DNA of 64,000 bases from Trichinella spiralis (lineage: Eukaryota): the NCBI RefSeq assembly GCF_000181795.1, contig NW_003526943.1, positions 7,864,672-7,928,671 of the forward strand, written 5' to 3'. The position numbers and the translations under genes were made by a program. Under the pieces are notes generated by a model that was not told the origin of the DNA, made no database searches, and saw only the letters and a program-made list of their open reading frames with translations. Below, one piece after another: positions 23,909-36,700 of this stretch. How positions within the stretch are numbered: position 1 is the stretch's first letter; every line of letters begins with the position of its first letter.

Positions 23909-26350
23909 AAGGACAAAATCTGTATAATGTTTAAAAAAATTAGAACGAATGGTAGCATTGTTCCAAAAAAAATTAATGAGGAAAAATCAAGTTCGCTGCT
24001 GCCGTGTGAACATACTTGGTGCATGCAATGATCAGAACTCAGTCACAGGTAAACAGTCGGCAAGACGAAGCTTAGCTTTGCACATATAAGCTAATCACTA
24101 GTACGGAGATCCACGTGAAATTGAAAATGAAATGTGAAAATTAACAGATGATGTGCTAATAAGAAATTAACAGGTCACGACACAAATTAGGAATACATTA
24201 TACAACTAAACATGATAAAATGCTTAATAATAGTGCATAGCAATTGATGATCAATGTAGAAAACAATACAGCATCATTTAATGAGTATCTATTTGACGTA
24301 TGATCTAAAAATAATTGCTTCAGCATCGTCAAGAAGATTCTGGAAAGTGCAAAATCTGCTGTACATCGAATATAGCGCGTCAGCTCTTTGCTAAATGCTA
24401 GCATGGAAAAGGAAGCTGACGTCCCATAATTGTAAAAGTATATAAGCTACATAATATGTTTTTCTTCCTTTTTGAATTGGTCTGCATTCGCAAGCTACAC
24501 TATGGAATATATAACACTTATTAGCAGTAAATAAGAACTGCACACGAGCATCTTATTCAGATTTACTGGAAGTCAGTTAGAATCTGTGCAAATAAGCAGT
24601 CTGTGGGCAATAGTCATTGGCGTGATTTGGTTTGCTTGGTAAAGAATATACATATAAACTAATGAGGATTTTACAAGCACTAAACCATGATTACCACTTT
24701 TCAAGACCAGTTTCTCCGTCGATTAATAAAGCAAGGCTTTCCTGAGGCAATGCTTTGTTGATTCTACATTTCCGTCTATGCAGCGAGGGGCTATATGTTC
24801 ATTATGCCACATCTTCTACTACCCGCTGATCAACTGCTGTTTGTTGAAAGTGAATTTTCAAAAACATGAAAATCAATAAAAATAACAGATTGAAATGTAA
24901 AATACGTTTAATTACAATTGTGTATCGATTAGGTGCATCAATTCCTGCTTCTGCATATATGGCTATTTACTTTTATTTGTACTTTGAACGTTTCATTGCG
25001 AACCACCGTCAGAAACAACATATAGACATGAACATTGTTGTTCATTCATCATTAACTAAGTATGTCATAGCATGATTCATAATTAATCAATTAGGTCTCG
25101 TCTTAAGTTGGGGCTTTTATAATTTGACAAGATAAATGTGATGTGGCATAACATTTGTAATGTATTGCGATTTTATGCGATCAACAATATCTACATAAAG
25201 AATGCGCAAGAACATATTACAGTAGGTGCAGTAGTTTCCCCGTCACCAGCGTGCGTGCATAGGTGTGTTCCCGCGTTCTCTCGTTGTGTATTGTCTCTCT
25301 GTGTGTGTAATCTCATGTGCGTCATACTTTAGCTTGGTATTGTGTTGTCATTACAAGTAAAGTCTTTCCGTACATCAATCAGTTCACATACACAACAACA
25401 TTAAAGAATTACCGCCCAGGACAAGGCCACCATAAAAGACATTTCCTGCCTTCACCATGCAGATCCATTTTATACCGCAGTTCACTGAAAAAGTGCCCAA
25501 ATGCAATAATGAATTAAGTTGTTTAAATAAATCATTACTATTCAAAAATAAATTAATAATGCAATTTTCGTAGCAAAACAAATTGTTTTTAGAAAAAATA
25601 ATAAACAACAACGACTGCAAATAAGAAAACGTACAGTTGAAAATTGTAAGGCTGAACCTGAGCGCATGTTAATTCAACTTAAGTCTATTTAAAGGTAGCT
25701 TCAAGCTCAGATGTTCATTTTCTGTTTGTCTGTGTTGCCGTGCGGTCGGTACTTTAAACACAATGATGAACGAACGGTGGTTTAACACAGTTGCCTTCAT
25801 TGAAGAAATTACCAACTCACTGAAGAAGAAGAAGTACAACTGTGATTTATTCAATTTAATAGAAGAATTTGTCGACATCCTCGAACCTGACTATGAAACA
25901 TTGGAATGCCTTTCTTTCAAAGAGGTAATAGATTTTTATTGTACTTTACGTTATTTGAAAAGTATCGTTGTTGGCACTGATGTTCAAGATCGAATGTTTC
26001 CCAAACTTGGAAAACTGATAGACAAATGCTATCAGTGTGCCGGTTTGGAAGCTTCTGAGAAGGATAACAAAAAATTTATAAATGACATCTCAAGCAATGG
26101 AATCACTAGTGAAAACAAGCCAATTCAAACAAAATCATCTGGTCATTCAAAGTTCATTTATAATCCAAGGAATCCGAAGTATCGTTATTATCATATTATT
26201 CAAGGATGGTTGAAAGAGCAGAAGACTGATGTGCCTGGGATATTTTCGACAGGAAGGTATGGTTATAAGCAAGTTTATTTGGATATACCAGAAAAAATGT
26301 TGGAAGATTTTCAAGAGAGGAACATACATTTCAAGCATACAATAGAAATG
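23909..26350 (+). repeat. Inner inverted repeat, left arm (~2.4 kb); partner ~26650-29098
   Basis: Starts AAGGACAAAATCTGTATAATG (23909), with its reverse complement ending at 29098. Mirrored ORFs appear throughout the track. Confidence 0.95.
25137..25400 (+). mobile_element. Probable solo LTR (mirror copy ~27606-27869; partial copy ~37943-38178)
   Basis: TGTGATGTG...CACAACAACA termini (TG..CA, imperfect inverted ends), a TG/TC-rich interior, an AGTAAA polyA-like signal ~45 nt before the end, and flanks ATAAA(G)/TTAAAG resembling a TSD. Confidence 0.45.
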
Positions 26351-26455
26351 ATGGCCAATGTTCAGATACATTTTTTGAAAAAGAAAGTTTCTATTATTGG
26401 AGAAGATGATAGAAGTATTGATGCGGCAATACTAATTTTTTTTGCATATAAATAA
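25763..26455 (+). CDS. Intronless 230-aa ORF with a C-terminal degenerate KH-like segment; function unknown
   Basis: Long ATG-initiated ORF. ..VYLDIPEKM.....NIHFKHTIEMMANVQIHFLKKKVSIIGEDDRSIDAAILIF fits the KH beta-alpha-alpha-beta-beta-alpha pattern but lacks GxxG. Confidence 0.55.
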   Translation: MMNERWFNTVAFIEEITNSLKKKKYNCDLFNLIEEFVDILEPDYETLECLSFKEVIDFYCTLRYLKSIVVGTDVQDRMFPKLGKLIDKCYQCAGLEASEKDNKKFINDISSNGITSENKPIQTKSSGHSKFIYNPRNPKYRYYHIIQGWLKEQKTDVPGIFSTGRYGYKQVYLDIPEKMLEDFQERNIHFKHTIEMMANVQIHFLKKKVSIIGEDDRSIDAAILIFFAYK

Positions 26456-26637
26456 TTATCCATCGTTTTTCAACATTGCGTGTGAAATGGTGTTAAAATA
26501 TTTGATCAACATGGAAAATGTGACGAGCTTAACCTGATGTTCAATTTGAAACACTGGAACATGGCCTTGGAATGTTTCAAAAAAGGTCACGATTTCAAAA
26601 TACAGTGAAGTGATGATAGATGGCTATCCATTGAAAG

Positions 26638-26647
26638 NNNNNNNNNN
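26638..26647. other. Assembly gap (10 N) at the centre of the inner palindrome
   Basis: Run of n characters. Confidence 1.
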
Positions 26648-27243
26648 GGCCCATTCATTTCTATTGTATGGCTTGAATGTATGTTCCTCTCTTGAAAATC
26701 TTCCAACATTTTTTCTGGTATATCCAAATAAACTTGCTTATAACCATACCTTCCTGTCGAAAATATCCCAGGCACATCAGTCTTCTGCTCTTTCAACCAT
26801 CCTTGAATAATATGATAATAACGATACTTCGGATTCCTTGGATTATAAATGAACTTTGAATGACCAGATGATTTTGTTTGAATTGGCTTGTTTTCACTAG
26901 TGATTCCATTGCTTGAGATGTCATTTATAAATTTTTTGTTATCCTTCTCAGAAGCTTCCAAACCGGCACACTGATAGCATTTGTCTATCAGTTTTCCAAG
27001 TTTGGGAAACATTCGATCTTGAACATCAGTGCCAACAACGATACTTTTCAAATAACGTAAAGTACAATAAAAATCTATTACCTCTTTGAAAGAAAGGCAT
27101 TCCAATGTTTCATAGTCAGGTTCGAGGATGTCGACAAATTCTTCTATTAAATTGAATAAATCACAGTTGTACTTCTTCTTCTTCACTGAGTTGGTAATTT
27201 CTTCAATGAAGGCAACTGTGTTAAACCACCGTTCGTTCATCAT
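26648..27243 (-). CDS. Mirror copy of the KH-like ORF, interrupted by the assembly gap
   Basis: Almost identical protein (one L/V change) up to low-quality-looking bases next to the Ns. Confidence 0.5.
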
Positions 27244-29098
27244 TGTGTTTAAAGTACCGACCGCACGGCAACACAGACAAACAGAAAATGAACATCTGAG
27301 CTTGAAGCTACCTTTAAATAGACTTAAGTTGAATTAACATGCGCTCAGGTTCAGCATTACAATTTTCAACTGTACGTTTTCCTGTTTGCAGTCGTTGTTG
27401 TTTATTATTTTTTCTAAAAATAATTTGTTTTGCTACGAAAATTGCATTATTAATTTATTTTTGAATAGTAATGATTTATTTAAACAACTTAATTCATTAT
27501 TGCATTTGGGCACTTTTTCAGTGAACTGCGGTATAAAATGGATCTGCATGGTGAAGGCAGGAAATGTCTTTTATGGTGGCCTTGTCCTGGGCGGTAATTA
27601 TTTAATGTTGTTGTGTATGTGAACTGATTGATGTACGGAAAGACTTTACTTGTAATGACAACACAATACCAAGCTAAAGTATGACGCACATGAGATTACA
27701 CACACAGAGAGACAATACACAACGAGAGAACGCGGGAACACACCTATGCACGCACACTGGTGACGGGGAAACTACTGCACCTACTGTAATATGTTCCTGC
27801 GCATTCTTTATGTAGATATTTTTGATCGCATAAAATCGCAATACATTACAAATGTTATGCCACATCACACTTTATCTTGTCAAATTATAAAAGCCCCAAC
27901 TTAAGACGAGACCTAATTGATTAATTATGAATCATGTTATGACATACTTAGTTAATGATGAATGAGCAACAATGTTCATGTCTATATGTTGTTTCTGACA
28001 GTGGTTTGCAATGAAAGGTTCAAAGTGCAAATAAAAATAAATAACCATATATGCAGAAGCAGGAATTGATGCACCTAATCGATACACAATTGAAATTAAA
28101 CGTATTTTACATTTCAATCTGTTATTTTTATTGATTTTCATGTTTTTGAAAATTCACTTTCAACAAACAGCAGTTGATCAGCGGGTAGTAGAAGATGTGG
28201 CATAATGAACATACAGCCCCTCGCTGCATAGACGGAAATGTAGAATCAACAAAGTATTGCCTCAGGAAAGCCTTGCTTTATTAATCGAAGGAGAAACTGG
28301 TCTTGAAAAGTGGTAATCATGGTTTAGTGCTTGTAAAATCCTCGTCAGTTTATATGTATAATCTTTATCAAGCAAACCAAATCCCGCCAATGGCTATCAC
28401 ACAAAGACTGCTTATTTGCACAGATTCTAACTGACTTCCAGTAAATCTGAATAAGATGCTCGTGTGCAGTTCTTATTTACTGCTAATAAGTGTTATATAT
28501 TCCATAGTGTAGCTTGCGAATGCAGACCAATTCAAAAAGGAAGAAAAACATATTATGTAGCTTATATACTTTTACAATTATGGGACGTCAGCTTCCTTTT
28601 CCATGCTAGCATTTAGCAAAGAGCTGACGCGCTATATTCGATGTACAGCAGATTTTGCACTTTCCAGAATCTTCTTGACGATGCTGAAGCAATTATTTTT
28701 AGATCATACGTCAAATAGAGACTCATTAAACGATGCAGTATTGTTTTCTACATTGATCATCAATTGCTATGCACTATTATTAAGCATTTCATCATGTTAA
28801 GTTCTAAAATGTATTCTTAATTTGTATAGTGACCTGTTAATTTCTTATTAGCACATCATCTGTTAATTTTCACATTTCATTTTCAATTTCACGTGAATCT
28901 CCGTACTAGTGATTAGCTTATATGTGCAAAGCTAAGCTTCGTCTTGCCGGCTGTTTACCTGTGACTGAGTTCTGATCATTGCATGCATAAAGTATGTTCA
29001 CACGGCAGCAGCGAACTTGATTTTTCCTCATTAATTTTTTTTGGAACAATGCTACCATTCGTTCTAATTTTTTTAAACATTATACAGATTTTGTCCTT
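26650..29098 (-). repeat. Inner inverted repeat, right arm
   Basis: Reverse complement of 23909-26350, beginning just after the N gap. Confidence 0.95.
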
Positions 29099-29797
29099 GA
29101 TAAAATCTCCTTACGAAGAAAAAACAAAATGATACAAACTGCTAAAAGGAAATAAAATGAACAAATGCCTGAAATGTTCACACTGAAAGAGAATATTTAG
29201 AACAGCGGTATGCGGCTGCATAGGATGTAACAGTACGCTCTATTATGCCTCAGCTGATCTTTTCATACTATGTATTTATTTGGATTTTGGGATCTGGTGT
29301 TATGACCACAACTACGAAATGCCTGTTTGTCGTCTTTTATGTCAATGAATTGTTATGTAACTGAACTTGCACTTTTAAGCTTCCATACCTTTATTATAAT
29401 AATAACAACTTTTGATACAGACATGTTGATGAATTTGAAATGATCTCTATGTGGAGGTGGTTGGCTTGTCATAACACTTGCGACACATTTTGTAGACGTG
29501 CTCTGTGCAGCACGGCACCTAGCATAATTCACATTTTTTTATCTTTCTTTGGTCGATTTATCACAATGAGGTGTCAGTATGAGCCCCTAAGCGCCTCTAA
29601 TAACCTTTTTCATATGCTCGAACAAACTTCAATATACTAATATTCCGCTTTTCGATTCAGAGTATTTTCTAAACGATTTCTACCACATTCTAACAGAAAT
29701 AGCCTTCTTTGAGACAATAAGAATCCCCGAATTTTTTGGTATGTAGCCCACTAGTGTAAGTTATCTGTAAAAATTGGAAATAAAATCACCCTGGCAA
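29099..29797 (+). repeat. Direct copy of ~19320-20002
   Basis: Same-strand match; ORFs 19646+ and 29440+ are near-identical. Confidence 0.9.
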
Positions 29798-30691
29798 TGG
29801 CTATACGACAAAGAAATAGAAACAATTTACAATTACATTTTCCAATTAATGTGTCTTGATTGCTAATTGCATTGGTGATATTCACTCAAATATTTCGAAC
29901 TATTTCTGTTATTTTGGAACAATGCATGCAACGAACAACTGTTCACTTTAAGCACTTTCAACAAAGTAATTATTACATTCCTATGTAAGTATTCTTTCTT
30001 AAAATGATCAACACATATTTTTTTGTAAAAACAGTTTAAAAAATTCAAATAATTATAATATAACGTCATAATATATTTTCTTCTATTACAAAAAGAAATT
30101 GAAATTAAATAGACTACTATAGAAATTCATCCATACAACTCAAGCATATGGTACTACATTTTTTATGTAGGAATTGTTCAAAAAGTTATTTGTTTTTATT
30201 TCTTATTAAGTTAAGTATTGTTTATTTCTTCATGTTTAACAGAAATTAACTTGGAAAAATGGTAATGGAGAAGAGAAAATTTTCAAATTACCTTTGATAA
30301 CGTCTGCAATGCATCAATATGCAATTATAAAGTTATAAACTCGTATAAACAGCAAGCATCATTCTTGAGGCTTCATCTTGCGTTGCAATGACTAGCGGCT
30401 AGTTGACAATCATTGCGGTTCAACAGCTATTGCAAAATTTGCATCTATTCAATGGGCAGATATTGTTTTAAATGTGCCAACTCGCAAAAACTGATGCAAT
30501 GCATTTTCCAAAACTTCCAAATTATGGATTATTCTACAGAAAAAACAACTAGCATTCATTCAATAGTCTGAGGAAGATGGTTCATCATTTGACAATTCAA
30601 ATTTCAGACACTGAAGTAATTCATATAGCTCAGCTGAACGATTAACCTGCCAAGACTCGATAATTACAACAAGAACTATAACAGTAAAGTA

Positions 30692-32466
30692 TCGTAATTG
30701 ACAATGCTTATTTGCGACTAAGTTGTCTATTCTTGGTGGAGTGGGTGATATAGTACATCGCAAGTCGCTTTCAACGTTTAACCTGTTTCGGTGTTGCATA
30801 TTAAGTGTCATGATAGCTGAGAATCCCGTTTCACAAAGGTACGTTGAGGAGAAAGGAACCAATATACGTAAGCTTTGTCAACTTATTTTAGGATATTCTG
30901 CTTGTAACTTCCCCCAGAAGTTTTCTAATGGCGTACTTTCAAAGCTGTCTTTAGCTAGGTTGTTGAATTGCAATTCAATGGCTTCTTCTTGAAGATCGTG
31001 TGAAAGGTCTTCGACATTAACTAAAAATGGATTTCTCACAAGTTTATAGATCAGGTTTTGAGGTTTCACGTCAGGAAAATAGTGAAAAAACTCGTCTTGT
31101 AGGCTTCTAAGGTGCCCTTTTATTTTTCTTTTCAAATCTTCGCTGAGACATTTATCACTGAAAAGCTCGTTGAGTCTTGAAAACCATGCTAAATTTCCTC
31201 TTTCAACTTGTTTTAACCATAAAGAAATTTTTGCAGTGAAGCTTTGAACAATATCATAGTGAGCCATAACATTCGCGTTTGCTCCTTGCAGTTTCAAATT
31301 CAGTGAATTCAGCGCTTCAAAAATATCTGCAAGATATGCCAGGCTAAGCTGAAAATGTTCACTTTTGAAAGCTCGACACACTGTGCGTCTTCCTCGTTGC
31401 TCCAAAAACTCTGCCACTGCTTCTCTCAGTTCATAAATCCGGCCAAGCATGTTTCCTTTTGATAACCAACAAACTTCTGTATGATAGAGAAGTGCCATGT
31501 GGTCAGCATTCAAACTTTCACAGAGTGACGCAAATAATCGAGTGTTCAATGCACTGCTTTTCACATAGTTGACAACCTCCACGGCAAAATTAAGGTCTTC
31601 TCTGAGATCATCAGGCAAAGTTTTAGCAACCAAAGCCTGCCGATGAATTGCACAGTGCATTGCAAAAATAGATGGGTTTTTTGATTTGACCATCTTCACA
31701 AAGCCAGACCGAGATCCAAGCATTGCGGGTGCACCGTCAGTGCATACACCAACAAGTGTTTCCCACATCACGCTATTTACTCCAAAAAATTGTGACACAG
31801 CTTGGAACACATCAGCTCCTTTCGTTGTAGTTTTTAGTGGTTCAGAAAAAAGTAGTTTTTCTTCAATTGTGTTATTTGCAATGAACCGTGCGTATACAAT
31901 GAGCTGTGCACAGTTTGCCTGGTCTGTGGACTCATCACAACTTATAGCAAGAAAAGGAGAACACTTTACCTTTTCAAGAACTTGCTGTTTTATATCATCA
32001 GCCAATTCATCGATTCGGCGTTTAACTGTTGAATCAGAAAAAGAAATATTTTTAAATTGCTTCGCCATGTCATCCCCAAGCAGAATCTTTACTGCATTCA
32101 CAATGCAGGGCTTAACAAGATTTTCTCCAATAGCATGTGGTTTCTTATTCATGGCAATCAACATGGCTATTTCATATGATACTTTCACAGCCTTGGCAGT
32201 CTCCTGATTATACTTGCCTTTTTTGTCAAGTATCATTTAAGAAAGGGAATCTCTTTTAGCGCAAAAGTATTCCACAGGTTTTTTTGATAACTCAGGATGG
32301 CGGTGATGCAAATGCCGCTGCAGTCGGGTCGGCCGTATAGCATCATTGCTGAGTGTATCAAGGCATACAACGAACGCATTGTGGCACTTCAACGCCGTTT
32401 TTTTTCAATAGCCACGAAGCCGTATTTGATGTACTCTGCATCATATTTGCGTTTTTTCGGCGCCAT
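30692..32466 (-). pseudogene. hAT transposase (ZBED5/ZBED8/SCAND3-like) with BED finger, disrupted
   Basis: MAPKKRKYDAEYIKYGF..PQCV.C...LSN...RP.RLQRHL..RHP, DESTD, CTDGAPAMLG, HCAIHRQAL, WLSKG and PFSSTYLCETGFS..RNRL..E.DLR. There are frameshifts near 32400 and 32375 and in-frame stops at ~32237 and 30878. Confidence 0.92.
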
Positions 32467-33333
32467 TGTACGTATTGTATTTCACACCAACGTCCAATAT
32501 AACTTTATTGATGATGTGAATATACACAGACGCTAACTAACTAACTTCCTCCTTTTCTAGCATATCGTATAGATAATCCGATCTAACTAGTTTTCGCAAT
32601 TCGTTTACCAACTAGATGTCTTCGTGGTACATAGCAGTACGCTAATAAATAACTTGCCTGTTGGAAATAATAACAAACTCTATGAGCAACAACCGTGGTG
32701 CGAAATGTAATAAAACCGTTGTGTTCACGATTATGAGTAGCCAAGCTAAAAACCATAATCATAGTGGGAGATTTAATTATTGATAAGAATAAAATACTTA
32801 GAAACTTAGGAGCGGAAAAAACCAAACCTGAATTGATGTGATTTCAGACAATCTGAAATCAACTGATATTACAAAATCTCTTGAAAACTGAAACAAATAA
32901 ACAGCTAATATATGCGCACATGAGACGAATGTTGGTGTTGCCGCGATGTCGAAAGAAGGAAAGAATGAGAAAATAAAGTGTGATGGTCGACTCCAGGCGA
33001 AATTTTCACAGCATTGCATATTTCCACCATTAGACAAAATACGGCTTTGTTCTATGAGTTTGATAAATATCGTGCATATGCCTCTGTCAAAAATTATTCA
33101 CGTCTCTTGTCAAATCAGATGAATTTCTAAAGGCGATTTTAGTGCAAAGGGAAATTATAAATTGCGCACAGCTGACGCGGTTAAGCTAAAACTAGGATGA
33201 TCAGAAAAAATAGGCGGTTAAAATTTAACTGAAGTAGACCAAGCTGAATTTCAAACACCTCTACAGGACTAAAAATTCTTACTTCTCATGCCCCCCTGGA
33301 ACCTTCCTACGCCCCCCTGGTTGAGAAACACTG
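30692..33333 (-). mobile_element. Buster/Charlie-type hAT transposon with one TIR; 3' end lost
   Basis: 5' TIR CAGTGTTTCTCAACC on the minus strand from 33333. The flanking 8-mer ATATAGAG fits the NNNTANNN Buster target. No second TIR or TSD follows the transposase. Confidence 0.88.
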
Positions 33334-33710
33334 CTCTATATAGACGTTCGATTTTACGAAATTTATTTCTGTTACATTCAACTGAAAGCTCATCTACCAA
33401 TGCTTCTTAATTATTGCGCTATTGGTAGTGCAGCTGCTGGATAAAGCTGTTTATGTGAATATTTAAAATGTTTTTTATTATAACAAATAAAACATTGCAT
33501 CCGCAGAAGAGCGCGATCTGCTAGATGGACACCTGCCGTTGACTCCGCGATCGTCGAGGTTTCGCTATTAGGCACGTAGCTGCTGTAGAACAGAGTACGT
33601 TGTAAAGAGAGTAGGAATCGACTGATGGTATAAATTCCATACATCTCTGTAGGTTCGGGATACAAACCTGATGGATCTGTAGAGCAGCATGCATTAGGAT
33701 TACATTTCAT
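33334..33710 (-). repeat. Third copy of the 18715-19093 body, cut by the hAT insertion
   Basis: Matches 36897-37280 on the same strand. The empty site CTCTCTATATAGACG is intact at ~36896-36910 and at 19081-19095. Confidence 0.88.
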
Positions 33711-33717
33711 ATTTTCA

Positions 33718-36700
33718 TGAGGCAGCGAGAATCGAACCCTACGAGTTCAGCACGTCAAGCTATATGGCTTACCACCGTGCTACACGCTGCCCAATGGTTA
33801 ATATCTTTCAATTCTTAATATAATTACGCAATGCATATTTACTACGAAACATTACATTATTTATAAATTTTTTCATTTCCAACTTTATTATTTATATTTT
33901 TTTGCATTGCTCTCATGTTCTTTTTAATTTTTGCGAATATTAAATTTTATCATTTTTATTTTTAACGGATTTTCAGCAATGAAAACGATTATGGAGATCG
34001 AAGTCGAAGAAAAAATCAATTTAAATCAATGGATGTTTTATTGGGTTACTTTTGGTTTGTTTGCCATTGGTGATTTTTTTGCTCACTTTATTGGCGACAT
34101 TTTCTCATTTTATTGGTTGCTAAAATTAACTTTTTTCCTTTGGCTCTTTATGCAAAGCTGTCGTGGAGCTGAAAAATTGTATGAAAAGCTTGTTAAACTT
34201 AGCTGCAATCAACATCCAGATCATACTGGAAATAAAACTGCCGACAAAGAATGATTATTCCTACTCATATTATTCTGTATTGTAATTCATTTTAACTTGT
34301 TATTACTTTGACGTTTAATGCGTAAGCTTAAATTTGTGAAATTGATATTTATTTCATATGTTCATTTAATAAAATTATGAATAAATAAAATATCACTAAT
34401 TTTTTCTGAAATCATTTTATTGTAATCTGTAGACTACAATTATTTGAAAATAATAATTCATAATATTTATTAACAGTATTTTATTTCTAGCATTAAATTT
34501 TAATGATATTTGTTTAAATGGAATTTTTTTACCATGTCTGTTCTTTCTCGTTTGATTCACAGATGTAAGTTTATGTGATCTACAGCAATATACTATGAAT
34601 AAGGGCGAAAACTGTATTCGATTATGTGAATTAATCAGACAACTGATCGCTCAGCAGAGCAGCTGAAATTACATTTAAAGCAATTAGAAAACACACTAGA
34701 AAACAAAAATAGCAAATAATTATTTAGCAAAAGATCAATTGTAGATAAATATTTATAGAATAAATAAAATTGGATAAAAAAATTTGACCAAAATGAAAAC
34801 AAAATTTTTAACAGATTTAACAAACACAACACCTACAAACAAGAAATACTGTAAAAAATTATAACTGCAGGGCAGAGCTGCATATGCGACCAGTTGTTAA
34901 GGTTCACATTATTAATTGCCAGTGCAATTGAAAAATTTGTATGAATGCTAACATGGTCTCTTTTTTGAATGCTCATTTAGAGGAATTCTTATTTAATCTT
35001 TTGGTGAAAAGGAGGTATCCTTCGCACACTGTAAGCATTCTGGAATAAAATGGTTGGAGGGGTGCTCCGGTTCTAGATGAGCTTCTGATTCCCCTTTGGA
35101 TTGCACGTTAGACTGCATGACTTTCGACTACATAAACGCGGCTACCGATGTGCTGATGTAGAGCAACGCACATCACGATTATATCATGATATTTTCATGA
35201 GGCAGCGAGAATCGAACCCTATGAGTTCAGCACGTCAAGCTATATGGCTTACCACCGTGCTACATGCATTAGGATCATATTTGATATTTTCATGGGGAAG
35301 CGAGAATCGAACCCTATGAGTTCAGCACGTCAAGCTGTATGGCTTACCACCGTGCTACACGCTGCCCGACGATTAATATCTTTCAATTCCTAATATAATT
35401 ACGCAACGCATATTTACTACGAAACATTGCATTATTTATAAAATTTTACATATCCAATTTTACTATTATATTTTTTTGCATTGCTCTTATGTTCTTTTTA
35501 ATTTTTGTGAATATTAAATTTTATCATTTTTATTTTTAATTCAACAGCAAATATTTTATAAAATTTGACAATTTTATTTTTTAAATGTTTTTTATCATTT
35601 TTTTTATCATGTTAACTGGACTTGTTAAAAATAGAATGTTTATTGTAACAATTATTTTTTAATCATTAGTTGAAAATGTTCACTTTACATTTTGCAAATA
35701 TTTACCATCCCAGCTGTATGGAAGAAGCATAACAATGGGATGACCGATGTCAAAGTAACATTTGATTCTATTGTTATTATAGGCAATTTAGACTGTATAA
35801 ACAGCGGTTAGAGCCTGTGATAATTCCTGGAATTGAAGTTAAATATTGTTGGCAGGAGAAATACTTCCCGTTTGGCAGAATTTAATGTAAAAGCAGTAAC
35901 AAGTACTGCCAGAAGAATCAGCAAAAGGCAAGTAAAGCAGTACTGCTGGAAGAATATCTGCAGAATGATCGTTCTCCTTTGCATGTTTGTGATTCAGTAG
36001 ATCAATTGTTTCTATCTGCTTATTGCCAGGGTGATTTCATTTCCAATTTTTACAGATAACTTACACTAGTGAGCTACATACCAAAAAATTCGGGGATTCT
36101 TATTGTCTCAAAGAAGGCTATTTCTGTTAGAATGTGGTAGAAATCGTTTAGAAAACACTCTGAATCGAAAAGTGGAATATTTATATATTGAAGTTTGTTC
36201 GAGCATATGAAAAAGGTTATTAGAGGCGCTTAGGGGTTCATACTGACACCTCATTGTGATAAATCGACCAAAGAAAGATAAAATAAATGTTGTGAATTAT
36301 GCTAGGTGCCGTGCTGCACAAAGCAGGTCTACAAAATCTGTCGCAACTGTTATGATAAGCCAACCACCTTCACATAGAGATAATTTGAAATTCATCAACA
36401 TGTCTGTATCAAAAATTGTTATTATTATAATAAAGGTATGGAAGCTTAAAAGTGCAAGTTCAGTTACATAACAATTCATTGACATAAAAGACGACAAACA
36501 GGCATTTCGTAGTTGTGGTCATAACACCAGATCCCAAAATCCAAATAAATACATAGTATGAAAAGACCATCTGGGGCATAATAGAGCGTACTGTTGCATC
36601 CTATGCAGCCGCATACCGCTGTTCTAAATATTCTCTTTCAGTGTGAACATTTCAGGCATTTGTTCATGTTATTTCTTTTTAGCAGTTTGTATCATTTTGT

